From an uncultured delta proteobacterium (GTDB lineage: Bacteria; Desulfobacterota; Binatia; JACPRU01), in NCBI GenBank assembly GCA_963745025.1, contig CAVUWD010000007.1, positions 75,091 to 139,090 on the forward strand: a stretch of DNA of 64,000 nucleotides. Direction: 5' to 3'. The notes beneath the pieces were generated by a model that saw only the letters and a list, made by a program, of their open reading frames with translations, searched no databases and was not told where the DNA came from. Positions 35,959-45,305 of this stretch are shown piece after piece (positions within the stretch are counted from its first letter, which is position 1; each line of letters starts with the position of its first letter). Position numbers and translations under genes: made by a program.

Positions 35959-37191
35959 ATGGACCTCTCGTCCCGGGTCGTCCACGACCTGCATGACCCC
36001 GCCGTCATCGCCGATCCGTATCCGACCTACGCTCGGATGCGCCAGGAGCATCCCCTCTGGCTGAACTCCCTGTCGAACACCTGGGTCGCCACACGCTACG
36101 CCGACGTCAAGATGCTGCTCAACTCGAGCCACGCCTCGAACCACCGGATCGACCATCTGCTGGCCCGCCTTCCCCTGTCCGAGCGCGCTCGGGCGGCGCC
36201 GCTCGAACGGATTTTCGAGCCGCGGCTCCTGTTTACCGAGGGCGAGCGGCACTCCCGCATCAAGCACCTCGTCATGCAGACCTTCGCGCCCTACCACGTG
36301 GCTCACTACGCCACCGTCGTCGCCGAGCGCCTCGGACGGTTGCTGGAGGTGCTTCCGGCCGACGAGCCGCTGGACTTCGTCGCGCGCGTCACGAACTTGC
36401 TGCCGGGGATGGTCATCCTCTCGATCCTCGGGATCCCGGTCGACGAACAGCCACGGATGAAGGGCTGGACCGACGACGTGTACGCGTGGATGGGGCACTG
36501 GCCGGGCCCGATTCTCGACCGCACGCAGCAGGCGCTCGCGGCCGTGGACGGGCTGGAGGAGCGGCTGGAGGAGCTGCTCGAGGCGGCGCGCCGCTCGCCG
36601 GGCCCGGACATGCTGTCGGCGCTGGTCCACGCCCAGGACGAGGGACGGATCCTCGATACCCGCGAGCTGGTCGCTAACATTATCGGTCTGGTGAACGCTG
36701 GCCAGGAGACGACCACCTGTCTCCTCGCCAACGGGCTGGCCCGGCTGCTGCAGCACCCGGACCAGCTGGCGCGGCTCCGCGACGACCCGGGGCTGCTGGC
36801 GCCGGGAATCGAGGAGATGCTCCGCTTCGACGCGCCGGCCCAGTTCATCGCCCGACGGCTCGAGAGTCCCCTCGATCTCCACGGCGTGCGGCTCGACACG
36901 GGTTCGGTGGTGGCGCTCGGGCTGGCCTCCGCCAACCGCGACGAGGCCGCCTTCACCGACCCGGGTCGCTTCGACGTGGCGCGATCGCCGAACCATCACC
37001 TCTCGTTCGGGCAGGGCGCGCACTTCTGCGTCGGGGCGACGCTGGCGCGCATGGAGGCCACCCAGATGTTCACGGAGCTGCTCCGCCGCTTCCGCGGGAT
37101 CGAGCTCGTTGGCACGTTCGAGGAGCTCCGTTGGCGTCCGACGACCAGCTTCAGGTGTCCGATGTCGCTGCCGGTCGTCCTGCGCCGCTGA
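35959..37191 (+). CDS. Cytochrome P450
   Basis: AGQETT (I helix), EEMLR (ExxR), HLSFGQGAHFCVGATLARME (heme Cys). Confidence 0.95.
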   Translation: MDLSSRVVHDLHDPAVIADPYPTYARMRQEHPLWLNSLSNTWVATRYADVKMLLNSSHASNHRIDHLLARLPLSERARAAPLERIFEPRLLFTEGERHSRIKHLVMQTFAPYHVAHYATVVAERLGRLLEVLPADEPLDFVARVTNLLPGMVILSILGIPVDEQPRMKGWTDDVYAWMGHWPGPILDRTQQALAAVDGLEERLEELLEAARRSPGPDMLSALVHAQDEGRILDTRELVANIIGLVNAGQETTTCLLANGLARLLQHPDQLARLRDDPGLLAPGIEEMLRFDAPAQFIARRLESPLDLHGVRLDTGSVVALGLASANRDEAAFTDPGRFDVARSPNHHLSFGQGAHFCVGATLARMEATQMFTELLRRFRGIELVGTFEELRWRPTTSFRCPMSLPVVLRR

Positions 37192-37254
37192 CGGCGCCTT
37201 ACCCTCGCGGGTCGGCCGGCGCGCCAATCATGCGGTTCACCTCCAGGTCCCGGC

Positions 37255-37360
37255 TCTGGTCGCGGAGGACGCGCGCGATCAGGTGGTGGGCATCGAGCTG
37301 CTGCGCCTCTCGAAGCGCACCCCGGCTCGATTCCGCAAGCTGCGCATCCAGACCGCCTGA
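37255..37360 (+). pseudogene. DUF2283-like C-terminal remnant
   Basis: EDARDQVVGIELLRLSKR...QTA*. Confidence 0.45.
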
Positions 37361-37403
37361 GCGGCGGTAGGGGTAGGCTCGCCCGGGCCAGGGGAGGGGT
37401 CGC

Positions 37404-39065
37404 GTGGAATCACCGCAGCATCTGCTGCACCCAAGCGTTGACGCGCACTTCTTCGAGGAGCACAAGCGTCATCACGCTGAGCGTTCGACGTCGCGGTTCG
37501 CCAGGCACAACAAGTGGCTGCCGATGGCGGCGATCGGCCCGGCGATGCTCATCAGCACGCTGGACATGACGACACTCAACGTCGCCCTGCCCGACCTCAC
37601 CGACTCGATCAACGCGACTACCTCGGAGCTGCAGTGGATCGTCGATGCGTACACGATCGTGCTCGCCGGCTTCCTGGTCTTCGCGCAAGGCATCGGTGAC
37701 CGCTTAGGGCGCAAGGGCACGTTCATGACGGGCCTGGCGATCTTGATGTGCGCCTCGGCTGCCGCATCGTTCACGCAGTCGCCCCCGCCCCTGATCGCCG
37801 TCCGCGCGATGATGGGCGTGGGAGCCGCGCTCATGATGTCGCCCACACTCGCGATGATCGCCGTCATCTACAAGGCCGAGGACCGGCCCAAAGCCGTGGC
37901 CATCTGGGTCGCGCTCGGGAGCCTCGGGATATCGCTCGGGCCGATCATCGGCGGCTTCCTCGTCGACGCCTTCGGCTGGCAGGCCACCTTCCTGGTGAAT
38001 GTCCCGGTGATCACCGTCACGCTCGTGCTTTCCGCGATGTGGTTGCCGAGCTCACGCAAGCCGGGCGTGATGAAACTCGACTTCATCGGCATGTTGTTGT
38101 CGATCGTCGGGCTCAGCATTCTTCTCTTCGGACTCATCGAAGGACCAACCGCGGGCTGGATCTCCACGCAGACGCTCGGCGCGATCGGCCTCGGGCTCCT
38201 CATGACCGCCGGGTTCGTCGTTTGGGAGCTGCGCAACCCGAACCCGATGTTCGACCCGCGGGTGTTGCGCGTAGGCGGCGTCCAGGCGGGCGCCGGCACG
38301 CTGTTCGCCGACTACATCGCGTTCTTGGGGATGCTGTTCCTCGTCCCACAGTACCTGCAATTCGTCGAGGGCTATTCGGCCGCGGTCACCGGCCTGATCA
38401 TGCTGCCGTTCGGTGTGATGGTGGCATTCGGCGCGCAGCGCGCCACTAAGGTTACCCAGAAGATGGGTCGTGAGGCCATCGTCATCGGCGGCATGTGCGC
38501 GCTGGCGCTCGGCTTCGTGATCCTGTGCTTCATGGCTGCGAGCCTGTGGGTCGTGCTCCTCGGGATGCTCGTGCTCGGCGTCGGCTTCGGCTTCACGATC
38601 GGTCCCGGCACGGCGATGGTCGTGAACTCGCTGCCGGTGTCTAAAGCGGGCGACGGCTCGTCGGTGAATATGCTGATGCGACAGGTGGGCGGGGCGTTCG
38701 GCGTCGCCCTGATCGGCTCGGTGTTCGCGAGCGTCTACACGTCGAAGGTGGTGCCCGCGCTGGCGCACCTCGATCGGACGGCGGCTGCGGACGTGGCGCG
38801 ATCCGTGCAGGGCGCGCTTGAGGCGGCGAAGCTGCTCGGCAATCCGGCGGCGGAGCGGATCATCGAGGCGGCCGACGGGGCCTTCCTCTCCGGGGCGCGT
38901 GCCGGTATGTTGGTCGCGGCCGCCGTGACGCTGATTTCGGCCGGGATCACGGTTACAGCACGGCACCGCAAGCCTTACGAGATGCCCGAGGGCATCGTCG
39001 AGGCGGCCGAGGTTGCCCGTAACGGAGAAACCGATCACCCCGGAGGAGGACGAGGCCTTGCGTGA
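37404..39065 (+). CDS. MFS efflux transporter (DHA2 type)
   Basis: LDMTTLNVALP, LQWIVDAY, GDRLGRK, GPIIGGFL, WQATFLVNVP. Confidence 0.92.
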   Translation: MESPQHLLHPSVDAHFFEEHKRHHAERSTSRFARHNKWLPMAAIGPAMLISTLDMTTLNVALPDLTDSINATTSELQWIVDAYTIVLAGFLVFAQGIGDRLGRKGTFMTGLAILMCASAAASFTQSPPPLIAVRAMMGVGAALMMSPTLAMIAVIYKAEDRPKAVAIWVALGSLGISLGPIIGGFLVDAFGWQATFLVNVPVITVTLVLSAMWLPSSRKPGVMKLDFIGMLLSIVGLSILLFGLIEGPTAGWISTQTLGAIGLGLLMTAGFVVWELRNPNPMFDPRVLRVGGVQAGAGTLFADYIAFLGMLFLVPQYLQFVEGYSAAVTGLIMLPFGVMVAFGAQRATKVTQKMGREAIVIGGMCALALGFVILCFMAASLWVVLLGMLVLGVGFGFTIGPGTAMVVNSLPVSKAGDGSSVNMLMRQVGGAFGVALIGSVFASVYTSKVVPALAHLDRTAAADVARSVQGALEAAKLLGNPAAERIIEAADGAFLSGARAGMLVAAAVTLISAGITVTARHRKPYEMPEGIVEAAEVARNGETDHPGGGRGLA

Positions 39066-39313
39066 CCTGTGACCCCGCTGGCCTTCTCGTAGCGGCACTC
39101 GCGCGCGGTGTCCATGGGGCGGCTCCATTCGGGGGCGGCCCGCCGGGGCGGGTCGCGGCGGCACCCGCTAAGCCCACGGCCCGTGTCGGCACGTCGGGGG
39201 AGGTGCGCGCGCTTCGGCGCCGGTCGCCGGCTCCGCGCGCCGGGTTTCCGCCTCGCGCGCGACGTGGTATGCGCTCTCTTCTTCCCCGAATCGACGACAG
39301 GAGGCCCCGTACG

Positions 39314-40978
39314 ATGGCTCCAGCGCACCGCAGCTCGTCTCCCCGTCTCGTCCTCGTCGCGTTGCTCTTCCTGGGATGCGCGTCCCACCGGGGCAAGGCC
39401 GCGGACGCGACCCCGGCGCGGCTGTTCACCGACCTCGGCAACTACACGCACCCCGTCACCACCGACGATCCGCTCGCCCAGCGCTGGTTCGACCAGGGGC
39501 TTCGCCTCGCGTACGGCTTCAATCACGCGGAGGGACAGCTGGCCTTCGAGGAGTGCACGAAGGTCGATCCGGAGTGCGCGATGTGCTGGTGGGGCATCGC
39601 CTATACGCTCGGCCTCAACTACAACCTCCCCGCCGACACCGACCGCGACCGGCAGGCGTTCGCGGCCGTCACCAGGGCGCGGGCGGCGAAGCACGCGAGC
39701 GAGGCGGAGCGCGCCTACGTCGACGCCATCGCCAAGCGCTACTCCCCCGACGCGCCCGCGGAACGCCGCGCCCTCGACGAGGCGTGGGCCGCCGCCATGC
39801 GGGACGTCGCGCGCCGCTATCCGAACGACCTCGACGCCCAGACGATCGCCGCCGAGGCGATGATGGACCTGCAGCCCTGGGACCTCTGGACCAAGGACGG
39901 CCAGCCGAAGGGCAACGCGCTCGAGATCGTGCGCATGCTCGAGGGCGTGCTCGCCCGCGACCCGTCACACCCCGGCGCGAACCACTACTACATCCACGCC
40001 GTCGAGGCGTCGTCGGCGCCCGAGCGGGCGACGGCGGCCGCCGACAAGCTGCGCGGCATGAACATCAACACGGGACACCTCGTCCACATGCCGAGCCACA
40101 TCTACGTGCGGACGGGGCGCTGGGCCGACGCCACGGAGGCGAACACCAAGGCGATCGCCAGCGACGAGGCGTACATCGCCAAGTGGAAGCCGGTCGGGCC
40201 GTACCCGATGATGTACTACTCGCACAACGTCCACTTCCGGAGCTTCTCGGCCGGCATGGAGGGCCGGCAGGCCGAGGCGCTCGACAACGCCCGCAAGGTC
40301 GCGGGCGGCATCACGCCGGAGATGATGCACCACATGCCGATGCTCGAGGGCATCTCGGCGGCGCCGCGCTTCCAGCTGGTGCGCTTCGCGCGCTGGGACG
40401 ACGTCCTCGCCGAGCCCGCCCCGGGTCCGGAGCAGCGCTATCTCACCGGCATCCACCACTGGGCGCGGGGGATCGCCTTCGTCCGGCAGCAAGAGCTGGC
40501 CGACGCGGCGTCCGAAGCGAAGCAGCTCGACAAGATCCTGGCGGCCTTCCCCGAGGGCCAGCTCGCGACCCAGGTGAACACCGGCAAGCGCCTCCTCGGG
40601 ATCGCGTCGCACCAGCTGCACGGTGAGATCGCCGCGGCGCGCGGCAACACGGACGAAGGGGTCCGGCAGCTCGAGAAGGCGGTCGAGCTCGAGGACGGCG
40701 CGACATACATGGAGCCGCCCGACTGGTTCACGCCGGTCCGGCCGGCGCTCGGTGCCGTGCTCCTGAAGGCGGACCGTCCCGGCGAAGCCGCGAGCGTCTA
40801 CCGCGAGGACCTGGTGCGCCACCCCGAGAACGGGTGGTCGCTCGCCGGGCTCGCCACCAGCCTCGAGCGCATGGGGAACCGCACCGAGGCCAGCGCCGTG
40901 CGGGCACGTCTGGCGAAGGCCTGGGCGCGCGCGGACGTCCCGGCGCCGGGCGAGGCGGTGTCGAGCGCCGCGCGGTAG
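39314..40978 (+). CDS. TPR-containing lipoprotein
   Basis: Lipobox FLGC; FDQGLRLAYGFNHAE, HPGANHYYIHAVE, GHLVHMPSHIY, YMEPPDW, HPENGWSL. Confidence 0.8.
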   Translation: MAPAHRSSSPRLVLVALLFLGCASHRGKAADATPARLFTDLGNYTHPVTTDDPLAQRWFDQGLRLAYGFNHAEGQLAFEECTKVDPECAMCWWGIAYTLGLNYNLPADTDRDRQAFAAVTRARAAKHASEAERAYVDAIAKRYSPDAPAERRALDEAWAAAMRDVARRYPNDLDAQTIAAEAMMDLQPWDLWTKDGQPKGNALEIVRMLEGVLARDPSHPGANHYYIHAVEASSAPERATAAADKLRGMNINTGHLVHMPSHIYVRTGRWADATEANTKAIASDEAYIAKWKPVGPYPMMYYSHNVHFRSFSAGMEGRQAEALDNARKVAGGITPEMMHHMPMLEGISAAPRFQLVRFARWDDVLAEPAPGPEQRYLTGIHHWARGIAFVRQQELADAASEAKQLDKILAAFPEGQLATQVNTGKRLLGIASHQLHGEIAAARGNTDEGVRQLEKAVELEDGATYMEPPDWFTPVRPALGAVLLKADRPGEAASVYREDLVRHPENGWSLAGLATSLERMGNRTEASAVRARLAKAWARADVPAPGEAVSSAAR

Positions 40979-41198
40979 GCCGCGCAGCGGGCGGCGGGCT
41001 CACCTTCACGATCGGAGCGAGCGGCTGGCAGGAGGGGAGGAGTGATCGGCATGAACCTCGGCTACCTCGCCGACGCCGTTCGCTTCGCGCCCTCCGAGAA
41101 CCTCACGGTCGGCCTCAGCGACGAGAACTCGCGACTAGCTCCTCTACTTGCGCGAAACCACCGCAGGGACTATCGCATCCCGAAGCAGCTGTCTTTCG

Positions 41199-42570
41199 AT
41201 GCGGTGCTCATCCTGCGGTAGCGAGAATCGGGAGGGCCGGAAATTCTGTGCCGGGTGCGGCGCAGCCCTGACTCTCGCCTGCGTCGCCTGCGGCGCCAAC
41301 AATCAGCCGGGCGAGCGATTTTGCGGCGAATGTGGAAAGCCGCTGGCCGGTGCCGCGAAGCAATCGACGCAGCGCGATCCACGCTCGTACACGCCAAAAC
41401 ATCTCGCCGACAAGATCCTCACGTCGCGCTCCGCCCTCGAAGACGAGCGCAAGCAGGTGACGGTGCTCTTCGCCGACGTGAAGGGTTCGATGGACCTCTC
41501 GGAGTCGATCGACCCGGAGGAATGGCACCGGATCATGGAGCGGTTTTTCACGATCCTGACCGACGGCGTTCACCGATGGGATCATGGCGCTCTTCAACCA
41601 GCTCCCCCTGTTGCCGCTCGGACCCGAGGCGGCGCTGGAGCTGCTGGAGGACCTGCTCGGCAAGGAGCCGACACTTTCGAGGCTCCGCGACGTCATTCGA
41701 GACCGAACCGCCGGCAATCCCTTCTTCATGGAGGAGGTCGTTCTGTCGCTGGCCGAGGCGAGGGCGCTGGAGGGGGCCAGAGGGCACTATCGTGTCGCGC
41801 ATCCGGTCCAGGAGATCGAGATTCCGGCGACGGTCCAGGTCGTATTGGCAGCGCGAATCGACCGCCTTCCCGACCGCGACAAGACGCTGCTCCAGACCGC
41901 GTCGGTCATCGGCAAGAGCTTTGCCAAGCCGATCTTGCGAAGAGTCGCGAACTTCCCCGACGACGAGCTCGTTTTCTCGCTGGGGCGCCTCCGTCAGGCG
42001 GAGTTTCTCTACGACGAGGCGATCTACCCGGAGGCGAGCTACGCCTTCAAGCACCCGCTGACCCAGGAAGTTGCCTACCGCTCGCAGCTCGCGGAGCGAA
42101 GAGCGGGGTCCATGCCGGGGTCGCGCGCGCGATGGAAGAGTCGGAGTTGGGAAAGATAGACGAGCGGGCGGCACTTCTCGCCTATCACTGGGAGAGCGCG
42201 GGCGACGCTCGGGAAGCCGCGAAGTGGCATTGCCGGGCAGCCGAAGGAAGCGATCGGTTTCAGCCGGCGGCTTGGCACCCGACTCTTAGAGTTCTCGGCT
42301 CAGCTCAACCGCATCCGCGCTCTTCGCGAGAGCCACGGCGTCCACGCGAAACCGGAGGTCGAGGCTGCGCTCGCTGAAGCCGAAGCCTTTCTCGAGATGT
42401 CAGGCGCGAAGAGCTACGAGACCTTCCTCCACGTCGAGCGCGCCGAGCTGGCACGGCTCACCGGCGACGAAGCCGATCGCCAGCGTGAACTCGGCGAGGC
42501 GCATCGGCTGTTCCTCGAAATCGGCGCTCCGATCCGCGCGGAGCAGGTCGCGAGGGAGCTCGAGTCATGA
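41199..42570 (+). pseudogene. Double zinc ribbon-adenylate cyclase-AAA-TPR gene with large internal deletions
   Basis: CSSC..CAGC..CVAC..CGEC, ERKQVTVLFADVKGS, a jump at ~41575 to QLPLLPLG, GNPFFMEEVV, YAFKHPLTQEVAY, a second jump to LFLEIGAPIRAEQVARELES*. Confidence 0.85.
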
Positions 42571-42790
42571 AGTACGCCCCCTGTCGGACACGACCACGCG
42601 GGGGACCCGAGCCGAGCAGCGCTCGCCGCCCCGTGGTGGGCGCGGGCCGGAGAGTGGCTGGACACCCCACCGTACGGGCCGAGCGGCGGACCTCCCACGG
42701 CCGGGCGCACGAAGTACTGAGACGTCCTAGGTTCTTGGGGGTACGATGCTCGTTTCTCGGGCGCAGCAGCGGGTGATAGACGTTCGGTCC

Positions 42791-43108
42791 ATGAGCTGCC
42801 GACAGGCCGCCGTGCTCTCGCTCCTCGGATGGTACTTGCTCTCTCCACTGCCCCGCGCCGATCCGAAGAGCGGCGGCGCTTCGGGGCTTCTCGTCGACGC
42901 CGACCGACCGCTCCGCGAGTGGAAGATCAGGAAATCCTTTCCAACCGCCGGCGAATGCCAGGTATATCTCGGGAACTGGATCATCGAGCAGCGACTGGAA
43001 GCCGAGAGGCTGCCGAAGCCGGCTCCCTCGCAGGCATTACTCGAGTTGAATACTCGCTCCAACTCCCAGTGCATCGCGAGCGACGACCCGCGCCTCGGGC
43101 CACGATAG
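42791..43108 (+). CDS. Small secreted hypothetical protein (WYL...CIASDDPRL type)
   Basis: N-terminal hydrophobic AAVLSLLGWYLLSP, PLREW, FPTAGEC, terminal CIASDDPRL. Confidence 0.65.
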   Translation: MSCRQAAVLSLLGWYLLSPLPRADPKSGGASGLLVDADRPLREWKIRKSFPTAGECQVYLGNWIIEQRLEAERLPKPAPSQALLELNTRSNSQCIASDDPRLGPR

Positions 43109-43168
43109 GGTGACCGAACGAGGCCAAGACCTGCTCCTCGTCCGTCGTCTCCATGGCGACAGCGGACG

Positions 43169-43549
43169 ATGCCAACGATTCACGAATCGATGGCTTCATG
43201 GCTTGCCGAGGATCTTCGCAAGGGCGAAACTCGGCGTCCGGTGAAGCTCGAGGTCATCCGCTGGACGGAGCCGGTGAAGCCGCGCGAGGGGGTGCTTCGC
43301 AAGCGCCTCGAGGCCGAGGGCTTCGAGGTCTTCCGTTGGCGTGACGACGCGGGCGCCGACTATCAGCCGCACGCTCACGACCATGACGAGAGCCTCTGGG
43401 TGATCCAGGGCGAGATCACGTTCGGCATCGGCGGCGAGCGCTACACGCTGGGCGCTGGCGATCGACTGATGCTGCCGAAGGGCACGGTGCACACCGCGTA
43501 CACCGGAGCCGAGAGCTGCCTCTACTTCATCGGGCAGAAGGCCGGCTAA
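43169..43549 (+). CDS. Cupin domain protein (true start may be GTG at about 43241)
   Basis: PHAHDHDESLWVIQGEITF, GDRLMLPKGTVHTA. Confidence 0.85.
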   Translation: MPTIHESMASWLAEDLRKGETRRPVKLEVIRWTEPVKPREGVLRKRLEAEGFEVFRWRDDAGADYQPHAHDHDESLWVIQGEITFGIGGERYTLGAGDRLMLPKGTVHTAYTGAESCLYFIGQKAG

Positions 43550-43555
43550 TCGAGG

Positions 43556-45124
43556 TCAGTATTCCGGCTCGAAGTAGCCGATCTTCATCGCTCCCTCGAT
43601 CTCGACGACGATCAACCAGACCCGCAGGTTGTAGTCGAGCGTGGAGCCGGCGTCGGGGTCAGGCGTGAAGTCGAGCATCATCCACTGCCGGAAGTTCTCG
43701 GCCGTGACCGCCTGCGGGATGTCGCGCTCCTGGACGAAGCCGCGGAGCTCCTCGAGCGTGGAATCGTTGCCGCTCGATTGAAAATCCGCCGGCGCGCTCT
43801 CGTCGAGCAGGTGCTCCTTCACGAACGCCCGGAGCTTCGCCGCCGTCATCTTCTTCTGCAGCCACGGCGCGAGCAGCGCGTGGGCCACTTTGAAGTCTGC
43901 CGCGATCACCGCCTCGGCGAAATCGTCGACGACTCTGTCAATGCGCCGCTCCGGGCTCTCGGCGGCCGCCGCGGCCGGAGCCTTTGCCGCGCGCAACGCG
44001 GCACCGCGCCTCGCCGGGGGCTCGGCGATCCGGAGCCGCATCTCCCAGACGACGGGCACTTGGCCCGCATTGACCTCGTAATTACCGGACTTGACGGCCT
44101 GCGTCGCGCTGCCGATCACGCGCAGCCGGTCGCCGTCGACGTGCAGAGCGAGCGCCGTCGACACGTTCCACGGCTCGGGAAGAAAGTCCTGCAGGTCGAG
44201 GAGCTGCTCCGCGGAGCCACCCCAAACTACGGCGCGCGTCAGCATTCCGCGGTCGAGCTTGGCCATCCAGCCGACCTGGAAGCCGCGCGCGCACGCGCAG
44301 GCGCGCGATTGCTTGTAGGCCTCGGGACCGAGGTTCACGTGGGAGCGCGCCCTCCCGGTCCACAGCGCGGCGAAGGTTCGGAACTCGTCATCGCCGGTCG
44401 AGCCCACTTGCTGTCCGTCGCCGACGCCGAGGACCTCCGACGCCAGCATCCGGGCGGGATGCAGGTCCTCGAAAGTTTCCGAGCTGCCGCGCCATAGGCA
44501 GGCGTGGACGCTTGGACCGCCGAGGCTTACGTTGCCCGCCTGAATGCCGTCGGCAACGGCGTTGGCGATCGTCTCCCGCAACGGATCGGGTCCCGTCAGC
44601 ACGATCATGCTCTCGGGCGAGCCGCTCCACAGGAGCGCACGGCGCGGGTCCTTCGCGAACTTCTGGTAGCCGTAGCCGACCTGCTGGCTGCCGCCGCAGG
44701 CGAGCGCGATGCTCTTCTGCCAACCCTGCGGGTGGAGCTCGACCGCGGCGAGCGCGCCGTCTGGCGCGAGCGTCCAAACGATCGCGCGCTCGTCCTGCTT
44801 CGGCGTGTACCAGAATCCCACCAGCTGGTCCTCCGAGCCGCCGCGCGCGTTCACCTTCTTGATGTCCTGGAAGCCGACCAGCTCGGGGCGTCCGTTCACC
44901 CAACGATACGGCGGCGCGGCGCCCGCGGACTCGATCGACGCGATCGGATCAGCGCCGCAGAAGGTCATGCCGCTGCCGCGCTTCCGTCCCTTCGGCAGTG
45001 GCAGGAAGACGACTTTGACGGAAGACTCGTCGATGCGCTCGAGAAGGGTCGGCACCCTTAGGAGCCTAGCGACATCATCCCTAGCCGCGCCAGCGGAAAC
45101 GCGAGGCTGCGTCATCACTATCAA
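43556..45124 (-). CDS. Hypothetical repeat protein (probable beta-propeller) with a C-terminal helical domain
   Basis: About 43-aa repeats of [QQVG...A.LW.G...LHP] type; start uncertain. Confidence 0.65.
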   Translation of the reverse strand: MIVMTQPRVSAGAARDDVARLLRVPTLLERIDESSVKVVFLPLPKGRKRGSGMTFCGADPIASIESAGAAPPYRWVNGRPELVGFQDIKKVNARGGSEDQLVGFWYTPKQDERAIVWTLAPDGALAAVELHPQGWQKSIALACGGSQQVGYGYQKFAKDPRRALLWSGSPESMIVLTGPDPLRETIANAVADGIQAGNVSLGGPSVHACLWRGSSETFEDLHPARMLASEVLGVGDGQQVGSTGDDEFRTFAALWTGRARSHVNLGPEAYKQSRACACARGFQVGWMAKLDRGMLTRAVVWGGSAEQLLDLQDFLPEPWNVSTALALHVDGDRLRVIGSATQAVKSGNYEVNAGQVPVVWEMRLRIAEPPARRGAALRAAKAPAAAAAESPERRIDRVVDDFAEAVIAADFKVAHALLAPWLQKKMTAAKLRAFVKEHLLDESAPADFQSSGNDSTLEELRGFVQERDIPQAVTAENFRQWMMLDFTPDPDAGSTLDYNLRVWLIVVEIEGAMKIGYFEPEY

Positions 45125-45305
45125 CGGGATTCACCTTTGTGGGTAACCATGCACACCGCGCCCGATCGTCGCCGAGGCCCTTCGTCGTCTTGTGGTCTCC
45201 CGAGGTTTCCCTGTTGCGGTCCCTTGCGCGTATCTGGCGCCCGGGTCTACGGTCCCTTACCACTTCGAGGCGCGTGCGCCGCATGCCGACGATTGTCAGC
45301 CGTAA

